NCBI GenBank assembly: GCA_052034495.1
Contig: JBPOIL010000003.1
Coordinates: 18,345-82,344 of the forward strand
Length of the DNA: 64,000 nt
Reading direction: 5' to 3'
DNA from: Patescibacteria group bacterium
GTDB lineage: Bacteria; Patescibacteriota; Saccharimonadia; CAILAD01; JADZBC01
Shown here one piece after another: positions 29,923 to 38,459 of this stretch; positions within the stretch are counted from its first letter, which is position 1; every line of letters starts with the position of its first letter. The position numbers and the translations under genes are program-made. Below the pieces are notes generated by a model that worked only from the letters and a program-made list of their open reading frames with translations, was not told the origin of the DNA and ran no database searches.

Positions 29923-30633
29923 CTATAGCCTTAGGCTCGTATTGACCTGCTCGAGCTGACTCATGATGCGAGTTCTTGCCTCGGCCGCATAAGGATTTCC
30001 AAGCATAATTGTCTCAAAAAGCTCCTGGCTGTGTACTCTATCCAGATGAGCTAGCTGCTTAATGTGCCGGAATGAGGGCGTCTCAAGCACGAGTCGATCA
30101 AACTTGATCCCGCGCAATCCGCGAGCAATAAAGAATGTCATAGCATGAACGAATGCCATTTCCTTGTCATGCTCATCTGGCGTCGTGGCGGCAATATTCA
30201 TGCCCAATTCGTTTCTGCAGAATTCCACGACCTCACTTGATCGCCCAGTTGGTTTCGAACAAATAACCAGTGTGGGCCTACTATCGTCTCGCCGGTACGT
30301 CTCCGGCCCAAAAAGCGGATGGGTTAGTAAAACATTCTTATGCCCAGGCAAAAGCTTTTCAATGAGCTCGGCGGGTTTTAGTTTTACCGAGCAGACGTCA
30401 ATCAATAGTGCCTCAGCGCGTAGGTGCGGTTTGAGCTTTGTTAGTACATCTTCATAAGCACTTAATGGTACGGCAAGTAGGACTATGTCGCACCTCCCGA
30501 CGGTAGCGAATTGATTATCAGTATCGCTAAGGTCGAAGGCATGGCGCGTGATGTCTTTTGGAACCAGACTTAGGGCAAGCTTGCCAAAGGCCCCCTGCCC
30601 TATTATTCCTACGGACGAAATTGACTTACCCAT
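29923..30633 (-). CDS. tyrA: Prephenate/arogenate dehydrogenase
   Basis: GIIGQGAFG, DVCSVK, HPLFGP, EHDKEMA. Confidence 0.9.
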   Translation of the reverse strand: MGKSISSVGIIGQGAFGKLALSLVPKDITRHAFDLSDTDNQFATVGRCDIVLLAVPLSAYEDVLTKLKPHLRAEALLIDVCSVKLKPAELIEKLLPGHKNVLLTHPLFGPETYRRDDSRPTLVICSKPTGRSSEVVEFCRNELGMNIAATTPDEHDKEMAFVHAMTFFIARGLRGIKFDRLVLETPSFRHIKQLAHLDRVHSQELFETIMLGNPYAAEARTRIMSQLEQVNTSLRL

Positions 30634-30925
30634 TTTTTACCTCTCTCTGCATTGCTTCGTGGCTGCGTACTACTTCATCGATAACCAAGCGCAAAAAAGC
30701 TTGTGAAAAATCTTGATCTAAGCCACTAGATAAGGCGAGCATTCTAGCCCTTTTGAATTGTTTTGCCTCGCGCTCTAAGTCAATTGCGGGCAGATTGTGT
30801 TTGGCCTTGTATTCGCCTACCTGTCGAGTGAGCTCGAACCGCTCTGCCAACAGTGCTATAAGTTGTCCGTCGATAACATCGAGTTTAGTGCGCAGGGTGG
30901 GTAATGTAGCTTTTTGTGAATTCAT
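30626..30925 (-). CDS. Chorismate mutase (AroQ type)
   Basis: LRTKLDVIDGQLIALLAERF, GEYK, D..RE. Confidence 0.9.
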   Translation of the reverse strand: MNSQKATLPTLRTKLDVIDGQLIALLAERFELTRQVGEYKAKHNLPAIDLEREAKQFKRARMLALSSGLDQDFSQAFLRLVIDEVVRSHEAMQREVKNG

Positions 30926-30945
30926 ATTGGTTCTCCTTGTAAATT

Positions 30946-31065
30946 AAAAACCGCCGTGTGGCGGTTTGCTGATAGTTTGTTTGAGAGTTTTAATACATAC
31001 TAATAGCCGCCACGAAAAGTGTCGGTATAATAGTATGAGAATGCGCGTAGTTCGTGCTTTGACAT
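30946..31065 (-). promoter_or_regulatory. Tyr-sensing transcription attenuator (leader peptide + terminator)
   Basis: Leader 31065-31000 MSKHELRAFSYYYTDTFRGGY*; terminator AAACCGCC-ACAC-GGCGGTTTTT; antiterminator GTGGCGG in leader. Confidence 0.85.
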
Positions 31066-31138
31066 AACACAACTATAACATGAGCTCTCTGCACCGCAAT
31101 AATTCATAGCTCGGCAGTACTCGTGATACAATACAGGC

Positions 31139-31474
31139 ATGAAGCCCAAAGATAAACTAACCATTACCGAAGCACGAGAGATACAGCGTAACTTCCAGCT
31201 CATTGCCCTGGCCGCCACAGCGGTATTGGCCGTAGGAGTAGTCTTCTATCATGTGGTAGAAAAGTTCCGCTGGATTGATTCACTCTACTTTTCGGTAGTT
31301 ACGCTTACCACCGTGGGCTATGGTGACTTTACCCCTAAGACCGATATTGGCAAGCTCTTCACGATCTTCTATCTCCTCATCGGCATCGCAATTATCGCCT
31401 CACTCCTTAATACCCTTGTTCGTAGCGGAGTAGCTCGGCGCAAAATCAAAGAATACGAAGAAGCTAGCAAGTAG
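31139..31474 (+). CDS. Two-TM potassium channel (KcsA-like)
   Basis: YFSVVTLTTVGYGD selectivity filter. Confidence 0.93.
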   Translation: MKPKDKLTITEAREIQRNFQLIALAATAVLAVGVVFYHVVEKFRWIDSLYFSVVTLTTVGYGDFTPKTDIGKLFTIFYLLIGIAIIASLLNTLVRSGVARRKIKEYEEASK

Positions 31475-31574
31475 GTTCTTGCCTGATTTGACCTAAGAGA
31501 GTATAAATACACACAACGGTTCGCCGTAGTTAGTGCACGTTTCCATTCGAATATTCTACCCAAGGAGGTCGGCC

Positions 31575-32255
31575 GTGGCTGACGATAGTTTTCCGCCTGA
31601 CCTGCTGCGAGATATCGAGGAGGTCTTTGCAAGTGCTGATCCAGACTTGGAGCTCGCGAGTAAGGCTTTCGAAAAGCTGCCGTTGCCCAAGATGGGGAGC
31701 CTCATAGAGCTGCCGAGTGATGAGTTCTCGCCCGCTAACATCCGAGGCCTCAACCGCAGAGAGATGCGATGTCTCAAGCGAGTCGACCGTAGGCTTGCTT
31801 TCGAGCAGGCTTTGGTCGATGCCGAAGCTGAGTGGGATGAGGCGAGCAGGATTCGTAGGGGGCTCAGAGTCTTTTCCGCCCTGTGCTTTGGGGCCTCGCT
31901 CTTCCTGTACTTCCTGGGTCTAGGTATAAGAGGCCAGGGGGCCGAGTACCAACCGGCTTCTGCTCATCTGCTGTGGATGTTCGTGTCGGGGACGTTTCTG
32001 TTTGCTATGTACGCAGAGGAGTTGATTTCCCGCACCCTGCGCTATGGCCGCGCCTACTGGGCGGTTGGCGGCTCGACGTCCTGGCTAGGCCGAACGTTCT
32101 TGAGGTTCAAGAACTGGCGCTGGCTGCACACTGTGTGCCACTGCAGGAAGTGCAGGCGGCTCCCGCGTACCCACCAGAGCTTTTGCCGTTGCTGGCATTG
32201 CAAGTTGGCTCGGCGCTGGACGTTCTGGCGTCGAGGCAAGCGCTACCGGCCCTAA
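31575..32255 (+). CDS. Orphan two-TM protein with Cys/His/Arg-rich C-terminus, GC-rich cassette
   Basis: SD AAGGAGG before GTG 31575; TTGCCT-N17-TATAAA at 31479-31507; terminator ending TTCGTTT at 32308-32314. Confidence 0.7.
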   Translation: MADDSFPPDLLRDIEEVFASADPDLELASKAFEKLPLPKMGSLIELPSDEFSPANIRGLNRREMRCLKRVDRRLAFEQALVDAEAEWDEASRIRRGLRVFSALCFGASLFLYFLGLGIRGQGAEYQPASAHLLWMFVSGTFLFAMYAEELISRTLRYGRAYWAVGGSTSWLGRTFLRFKNWRWLHTVCHCRKCRRLPRTHQSFCRCWHCKLARRWTFWRRGKRYRP

Positions 32256-32386
32256 TTAGGGTCATCCGCTCACTGCGGACGGAGATTCCGTCCTTGGTGG
32301 GCGGTTCTTCGTTTAGGTATTGATTTATAACGATAATTATAGTATTATAGCGAAAGTCCGCCGTCCGCAATCAAAGGAGCAACGGC

Positions 32387-32971
32387 ATGGCAAAGGAAAA
32401 GAAGAAGTCCAAGAAGTCCAAGAAGGGCAAGAGCAAGAAGGGTTCGGGCAAGCTGCCCAAGAAGAGCCCCAAGGTGACGAAGCTCAAGGCTCCGGACAAG
32501 AAGGGTCCTGACAAGAAGTCCAAAAAGGGCAAGAAGAAGGCCGCCGCCGAGGTGCCGACCGGAGACATCGACCTCTCCTCCGTGATGATCACGGAGCTGG
32601 TTCGGAATCGCATCTGCAGCGAGCTCAAGCTCACTCCCCAAGAGACTGGCTACATCACCAAGGTGATCACTTCGGTCTGGGTGTCTGTTGACATCGTCCA
32701 GCAGGAGCCGATCGGCAACAGCGACAGCCCGCTCATGCCCGCACGGACGGGAGAGAACCGGGCGGTCGACCTGGGGACGCTGGCCAAGGTCGTCTCGTTC
32801 CCGGAACTCCAGCGCGAGGTGCGAGGCGTCCTTCGCCAGGCGCGCCGGGCGTCCTTCGTTGGGCCCAAGGGTCTGGCCGTCCTCGAGCGCTTCGTGGACA
32901 AGGCCAAGAAGATCATCATCTACCAGAGCCCCCGTCCAGACCATGACGGAGATGGCGGCGGTTCCGAGTAG
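32387..32971 (+). CDS. Protein with Lys-rich histone-like N-terminus, GC-rich cassette
   Basis: MAKEKKKSKKSKKGKSKKG...; TTGATT-N17-TATTAT at 32320-32348; SD AAGGAG; terminator 32992-33040. Confidence 0.75.
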   Translation: MAKEKKKSKKSKKGKSKKGSGKLPKKSPKVTKLKAPDKKGPDKKSKKGKKKAAAEVPTGDIDLSSVMITELVRNRICSELKLTPQETGYITKVITSVWVSVDIVQQEPIGNSDSPLMPARTGENRAVDLGTLAKVVSFPELQREVRGVLRQARRASFVGPKGLAVLERFVDKAKKIIIYQSPRPDHDGDGGGSE

Positions 32972-33113
32972 CCAACGTCCGTCTGACCACCCCGCCTCAC
33001 GGCCGAGAGTCTCCTCTCCGCTGTGAGGCGGCTTTCGTATATCGAAATAATTACAAATGAAAAAGCCCACATCTCTGTGGGCATAGCCGGCTAGTCTTCG
33101 ATGCTAGCCGGCC

Positions 33114-34007
33114 CTATTCACCTCTGCGGCAGGCCAGCATGTCCTGAATAATGGCGATGGCTTCGTGGTGGCGACGCCTGGCCATATTCCTACCCCAACC
33201 AAGCTCTCGCTCAATTGAGGCGAACTGCTTGCCCTCGAAGTAGTGCAGATCCAAGACCGCCCTTTGGTCCGGACTGAGCCACGCAGCGTCAAGCATGGAG
33301 CTAAGGTGAACGCTACTTGTCATGTCGGGCTCCAGGCCCAGCATGTCCCCAAGCTCAGTACTGCTATCCTCACCAAGCTCTTCGTTGAGTGACGTAGTGT
33401 TCCTCATGACTTGCTGCAGCTCTGCCACTTCGTCGACAGACCAGTCGAGACGATCTGCTATTTCGTCCGGCGTTGGCTCTCGCCCCAGCTTCATCATCAG
33501 CTCATGCGACACCGTTTGCATCGTCTTGATGTCGTTTACCACATGAATAGGTAAACGAATCAAACGAGCCTTGTTGGCTATGGCTCGTTGGACTGCTTGG
33601 CGAATCCACCATGTGGCGTAGGTGCTGAACTTAAAGCCCTTGCGCCAGTCGAACTTCTCAACCGCATGCATCATGCCTAGGTTGCCCTCTTGGATCAGGT
33701 CCATGAGCTCCAGGCCACGATTCGTGTACTTCTTGGCGATCGAGACCACCAAGCGCAAGTTCGCGTTTATGAACGTTCGTTCGGCTCGCTCGCCCCGGCG
33801 CACTAGGCGCTGGAGCTCGCGATAACGATTCGAGTTCTTGTGCGGTGGTTGCGAGGCAAGTTCAGCGGCAGCATTCCTGCCTTCTTCGATTACTTTTGCT
33901 AGCCGTATCTCATCCGCCTTGGTAAGCAACGGGTGTTGGCCAATCTCGGCGAGATATAGCCTCACCAGATCTTCTTCATTGCTGTCGCGTCGCCGATTAG
34001 TAGGCAT
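33114..34007 (-). CDS. RNA polymerase sigma70 factor, RpoD/SigB-like, lacking region 1.1
   Basis: DLVRLYLAEIG, ANLRLVVSIAKKY, DLIQEGNLG, KFSTYATWWIRQA, IRLPIH; divergent region 4. Confidence 0.93.
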   Translation of the reverse strand: MPTNRRRDSNEEDLVRLYLAEIGQHPLLTKADEIRLAKVIEEGRNAAAELASQPPHKNSNRYRELQRLVRRGERAERTFINANLRLVVSIAKKYTNRGLELMDLIQEGNLGMMHAVEKFDWRKGFKFSTYATWWIRQAVQRAIANKARLIRLPIHVVNDIKTMQTVSHELMMKLGREPTPDEIADRLDWSVDEVAELQQVMRNTTSLNEELGEDSSTELGDMLGLEPDMTSSVHLSSMLDAAWLSPDQRAVLDLHYFEGKQFASIERELGWGRNMARRRHHEAIAIIQDMLACRRGE

Positions 34008-34186
34008 GATCTCACCTCGATTCGGTGTAGTAGGTGCGTGATACCTGGCGCGCGCCAGATATCGGCATACTATACCATATGAATCAGTGCTGCCAAAGCA
34101 TAAGTGCCTGTAATCAGTTATTGCGTGGTTGGGATATATGTGGTAAAGTGTGCTTCCTGTTCACCATCCGAACAAAGGCGAATACG

Positions 34187-34456
34187 TTGACTGAATATGG
34201 ATACCCGGAACGCTATACCCCATCGGACGTTTGGCCGAGCAAGCTCAGTATCGAAGAATGCGATGAGATCGTCGCAAAGGTCCTGAGAGACAACTACTAC
34301 TGTGGTCCAAGAGGCCAGCTCTTGGTCAAGATCGTCAACAAGCTGATGAGTCGACACCCTGGCGACCGCAAAGATGGCCTGGACGGCGTTGCGAGGTTCG
34401 AAGGCAAGCTTGCCCGCGAGGGCTACTTCGGCCCCGACCAGATTCCTCGTTCGTAG
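34187..34456 (+). CDS. Small orphan protein (cassette)
   Basis: TTGCGT-N17-TAAAGT at 34121-34149; probable TTG start; terminator hairpin 34481-34518. Confidence 0.55.
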   Translation: MTEYGYPERYTPSDVWPSKLSIEECDEIVAKVLRDNYYCGPRGQLLVKIVNKLMSRHPGDRKDGLDGVARFEGKLAREGYFGPDQIPRS

Positions 34457-34600
34457 CGCGTCCAAACCGGTCGCTCCACCCCGCCCCGCGGTAGAGATTC
34501 GTCTCTCCTGCGGGGCGGTTCCCGTTATCGTTCATTTACAAAGCTGTCTATTCCTGTTATTATGTATATCCATTTTAGTTCAGCCAAGGGGTATTTCAGT

Positions 34601-35011
34601 ATGAAAGTCAGGGTTACCACCTACGATCGTCGCGAGGGCGGCGGAGAGCTGATGCTCTTCTCCGAGGATGCACTGTTCGCCGACGCACCAGCTCAGGCAA
34701 CTTTCGGTAAGACCAGCTACGAGAACGCAGTTGGTCGTCGCCTCACTCGTTTGGGGTCGGCAACAGTCAACCACCTGTGCGCCGGACTCGATGGAGTTTC
34801 GGTGCACCTCATGGTCGGCGACAGCCGTATCCGCATCGTCGTACCAGCGGGAAGCAAGACAGCGAGTACTTACGACCGCGTGTGCAGTCGGATTCTCTCT
34901 CCACGGCGTGGCGAGCTCAGCCTGCCTCAAGCCCTCGAAAGAGACCTTGGAGAGCCGGTCGATGTCGAGCTGGCTGGCAACAAGACCGCTGGGGCAGTAC
35001 CGGTCAACTGA
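34601..35011 (+). CDS. Orphan protein, GC-rich cassette
   Basis: TTTACA-N17-TATTAT at 34535-34563; terminator 35034-35080 ending TTTTCGTTT. Confidence 0.65.
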   Translation: MKVRVTTYDRREGGGELMLFSEDALFADAPAQATFGKTSYENAVGRRLTRLGSATVNHLCAGLDGVSVHLMVGDSRIRIVVPAGSKTASTYDRVCSRILSPRRGELSLPQALERDLGEPVDVELAGNKTAGAVPVN

Positions 35012-35084
35012 GCCACCCGCCGTGGTGGAAACACCCGCTTGTCGGGGCGAATCCTCGCCCTAACGGGCGGGTTTTCGTTTTAAC

Positions 35085-36056
35085 TTATTTTTCCCAAGCA
35101 AACTCTTTGTGTCCGAAGTGTCCGTAGCGCGCCGTGGCTTCAAACTGCGGCTTCGTTAACTCAAGGACCTCAACAATGCCGCACGGCGACAGGTCGTATC
35201 CTACAATCTTTTCCTGAACGCCATCGATTAATACACTTGCTTCGAGGGGCTGATCGTGACCTATGGCGTATGCAAGCCTCGTAAATACCTCCTCGGCCCC
35301 GCGCGTACGTAAATAGTCGAGTGCAATCTTGCGTGCCATGTAGGCAGCCGAACGATCGACCTTACTTGCATCTTTGCCACTAAAGCAGCCACCGCCAATA
35401 GGAATACGCGGACCGTAGTTATCTACGACCAGCTTTCGGCCCGTAAGTCCGGTGTCAGCATCGAACCCGCCCTGCTGCCATTCGCCAGCTGGATTGGCAT
35501 GGATTTCAGGATTATCAATCGCATTCTTGTTGGTCAGCCAACTCGCGATAGAGGCTTTGAGTTCTTGAGTTTTTGAATTCTGAAAACTCGCCACTACGGC
35601 GATAATTTTGTCGTCCTGGAGGGTGACTTGAGTTTTGCCGTCATATGGCCATATGGCGTATAGGTACTGGTTGAGCTGGCGGCTCAACACAACCTCGAGC
35701 GGCAGGGCTTCGGGCGTCTCGGCGCAGGCATAGCCAATCATTATTCCCTGGTCTCCTGCTCCACCCGTATCAACGCACTGGGCAATTTCTGGGCTCTGGG
35801 CGACGATGTTCGTGGTGAGTGCAATGCCGCCTGCAATGCGCTTTGCAATTGGCACCACATCGACACTCGCCGAGCTGGTTACCTCGCCCATGATTACGAG
35901 CTGGCCGTGTCCACCGAGAGCCTCAACGGCGACGCGCGCCGTGGGGTCTTGAGCTAGGTAGGCATCCAGAATCGCGTCACTGATTTGGTCGCACAGTTTG
36001 TCGGGGTGTTTTGGGCTAACACTTTCGGCGGTTCGTAGGTTAGTTAGTTTGGTCAT
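35085..36056 (-). CDS. metK: S-adenosylmethionine synthetase
   Basis: ESVSPKHPDKLCDQISD, GAGDQG, DGKTQV, DTGLTGRK, GGGCFSGKDASKVDRS. Confidence 0.96.
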   Translation of the reverse strand: MTKLTNLRTAESVSPKHPDKLCDQISDAILDAYLAQDPTARVAVEALGGHGQLVIMGEVTSSASVDVVPIAKRIAGGIALTTNIVAQSPEIAQCVDTGGAGDQGIMIGYACAETPEALPLEVVLSRQLNQYLYAIWPYDGKTQVTLQDDKIIAVVASFQNSKTQELKASIASWLTNKNAIDNPEIHANPAGEWQQGGFDADTGLTGRKLVVDNYGPRIPIGGGCFSGKDASKVDRSAAYMARKIALDYLRTRGAEEVFTRLAYAIGHDQPLEASVLIDGVQEKIVGYDLSPCGIVEVLELTKPQFEATARYGHFGHKEFAWEK

Positions 36057-36123
36057 AAAAAATACTCCTTTCGTATCGTCCCCGCCACCGGCAGGAAAAA
36101 GGAGTTTAGCGCAAATGCATACA

Positions 36124-36224
36124 CTTATCTTTCCCACACTGGGCTAGAAGGGGCACCGTTCTGACTGTTCAGATGGTTGCCGGCAGGTCATAAAGCTAGA
36201 TCTCTCGCTGCACTCTTGATACTT
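36124..36224 (-). ncRNA. SAM-I-type (S-box) riboswitch
   Basis: TATCAAGAG...GAGAGA...GACCTGCCGGCAACC...GGTGCC...AAAGATA directly upstream of metK. Confidence 0.85.
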
Positions 36225-36341
36225 GGTTATGTTAATGTGTGAAGCTATTGTACGTACGATGAGCATGCGGCGTCAAGCGCCTAAAACAAATCACCACCCC
36301 TTCGGGGCGGCGATAAGCCTTCCGAAGAAGTGGTTGGTGCG

Positions 36342-36698
36342 CTACGCCGTTCTGGTGAGCGGCTTGGGGAGCTGGCCCGAGTGCCCACGATCGCGCATGG
36401 TCTCGACCACGTTGGGCTGTTCGTAGACGTAGGGCATGACGTAGACCTTGAGGTGCAGCCTTGCGGTACCGCGGGGGCTGAGCTGGTTGGTCATCCCGGT
36501 CAGCGGAGCTTGGGCATCTTCGGCGAGAAGCTCACCGAAGAAGTGCTGCAAGGAGCGGACCTCCAGGTCCTTCAGGACCTTCATGGCTACGTCCGACGGA
36601 GGACGCTTGCTGTCGGGGTGATCCAGGTAGCTGCTCGCGATCTGGGCGATCAGTGGCGCGATCCCAAGGATCGCCGGTTCATCTGTGTACGTAGGCAT
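36342..36698 (-). CDS. Orphan protein, GC-rich cassette
   Basis: TTGACT-N17-TACAAT at 36745-36773; terminator 36283-36314. Confidence 0.65.
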   Translation of the reverse strand: MPTYTDEPAILGIAPLIAQIASSYLDHPDSKRPPSDVAMKVLKDLEVRSLQHFFGELLAEDAQAPLTGMTNQLSPRGTARLHLKVYVMPYVYEQPNVVETMRDRGHSGQLPKPLTRTA

Positions 36699-36851
36699 TT
36701 TCTGCTTTCTGACTTGTCGCTATGACTCGGGTAGATGGATTGTTATTGTACGTACATAAGGCCAAGAAGTCAATAAGGCGATCAGAACGAAACGCCACCC
36801 TTGCAGGCGACGGATCGTCGTTGCAAAGGCGGCTATTGGGCCCCGTCGGCA

Positions 36852-37301
36852 CTACTTCAGTACCAGTAGGACCGGTGGCTTGGACTCGAGTGCCAAGTCG
36901 GGAACGAGTGCCTGTAGATGCGTCCTGCCGTGCCGAACCACACGCTTGAAACCCTTGCTGGCAAAGAGCTGCTGATTGCACAGCCCATGCGCCGACTCTT
37001 TGATCGGGTTCGTGATGTTCGGCCTCATGAACACCTCGAAGATCTTCTCGGTGCGTGTTGCTTCAGCCTCATCAAGCATTCGCAAGCGTCCCATCCCGCA
37101 GTACAGAGGCTCCGAACGGGCATCGTGCACTACCTGGAGCAAGATTCGTACCACCAAGGTGGCATCGCGCCGACTGCACTTCACTTTTGCCTCGCGGCAC
37201 TCTCCTCGGATTGCCTTTGCAGCCTCCGGGAACAACTTGGGGTCGAATGTGCCGGTAGTCTCTCTGTATCTCTTCACCAAGATCTCCTCGGTCTCGCTCA
37301 C
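36852..37301 (-). CDS. Orphan basic protein (cassette); alternative start GTG 37277 after GAGGAG
   Basis: TTGACG-N17-TAAAGT at 37326-37354; terminator 36785-36833 ending TTTCGTTC. Confidence 0.6.
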   Translation of the reverse strand: MSETEEILVKRYRETTGTFDPKLFPEAAKAIRGECREAKVKCSRRDATLVVRILLQVVHDARSEPLYCGMGRLRMLDEAEATRTEKIFEVFMRPNITNPIKESAHGLCNQQLFASKGFKRVVRHGRTHLQALVPDLALESKPPVLLVLK

Positions 37302-37355
37302 CCTGGCTAGGTAAGAACAGGTGCAACTTTACTATGCTTGGCTGACTTCGTCAAC

Positions 37356-37571
37356 GCAAAACAGCCCCGCTTAGGAGGCTTTTGCTTACAAACGCTATGT
37401 TTTGTTTTGAAACGAACATATCTGTAGGGGCTTTGGCTTGATGTACGTGTGCGACCCGGGCGAATTGTGCCTCTATAGGGTTGGTACACGCTCGCTTCAG
37501 CCTTACGGCGTTGCGAGAAGCTGTTAGCCTTCACGAGGGCTTAGGTGCATGCACAAAAGCTACGTTTGTTA
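37356..37571 (-). ncRNA. Candidate ~215-nt sRNA
   Basis: TTGACA-N17-TAGTAT at 37578-37606; paired ends ACAAACG/CGTTTGT and TTTTGT/ACAAAA; terminator 37356-37385. Confidence 0.5.
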
Positions 37572-37611
37572 GTGTCTATACTATCACAGTTATTCCATTT
37601 TGTCAAGTACT

Positions 37612-37914
37612 TTATGGTAGAACGGTAACGCTAACAGTGATGCTGTCTCCTGTTTGGAGGCCTTCGATATTGCGCACAGCAGCCTTGACGGGAAGCATGT
37701 AGCAGCCCGACTTACGGTCTGGGAAGATGGAGGTTTTCCAGGCAGTTCTACCAACGTGCACCTCGACCGGCAAAGATCCCCAGCCGCGTGTTAAGCCCTG
37801 AAAGGCGTGTTTGATTTCTGCTGAAATATCTTGCGGCAGCGACACAAAATGCCATGCTGCTTCACCAGGCCATAGCCATACCTCAGATTCAAAGCTATAG
37901 CTGTTCTGTTGCAT
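37612..37914 (-). CDS. DUF1905 domain protein
   Basis: WHFVSLP, GWGSLPVEV, WKTSIFP, YMLPVKAAVR. Confidence 0.85.
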   Translation of the reverse strand: MQQNSYSFESEVWLWPGEAAWHFVSLPQDISAEIKHAFQGLTRGWGSLPVEVHVGRTAWKTSIFPDRKSGCYMLPVKAAVRNIEGLQTGDSITVSVTVLP

Positions 37915-38434
37915 AGAGGCTTTTGTTGTTACCCATGGCCTGAATGAGTGCATTACGCAGGGCTTCCTCTAGGCTTACCGTGCGCATCAACTGATAGCCT
38001 GTGTATAAACCCCAGGTGTCTTTGTCATTGCTGAGTTCAAGCTGTTCTCTAATTTTTCTTAGTGTTGGTCCGTGCTCTTCGCCACTCTCTGCCATCTCTT
38101 GAGTTACAATCGCTGGCAACATAAGACCGCTAGAGTAACCCAAATATTCCTTGTTCTGATGAATAACACAGCACCAAGCTTCTTCATACGTGTTGCCATA
38201 ACGAGTTACTAAGCCACTTTCTAGGCCAATCGCATAAATGCCTGTGTCCGCCTTTGAGATTTTTCGAGCTCGGTTCTCGGCTCCAAGCTTGGTTTGTTCA
38301 TCCCATGGAGTGTCAGGAACGCCAGATACTACATCCTCTCCTCGAATGTCCGGATCTACCCCCGCAATATCCTTAATTGCTCGAGCTACTGTGTCGATTT
38401 TGAGCTTACTCGTTGTCCCAATGATAACTTTCAT
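37895..38434 (-). CDS. Inosine/xanthosine triphosphatase (YjjX/DUF84)
   Basis: GTTSKLK, SGVPDTP, TKLGAENRA, IGLESGL. Confidence 0.85.
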   Translation of the reverse strand: MKVIIGTTSKLKIDTVARAIKDIAGVDPDIRGEDVVSGVPDTPWDEQTKLGAENRARKISKADTGIYAIGLESGLVTRYGNTYEEAWCCVIHQNKEYLGYSSGLMLPAIVTQEMAESGEEHGPTLRKIREQLELSNDKDTWGLYTGYQLMRTVSLEEALRNALIQAMGNNKSLYATEQL

Positions 38435-38459
38435 GTCACTAGTCTAGCAGAGGTGATGT

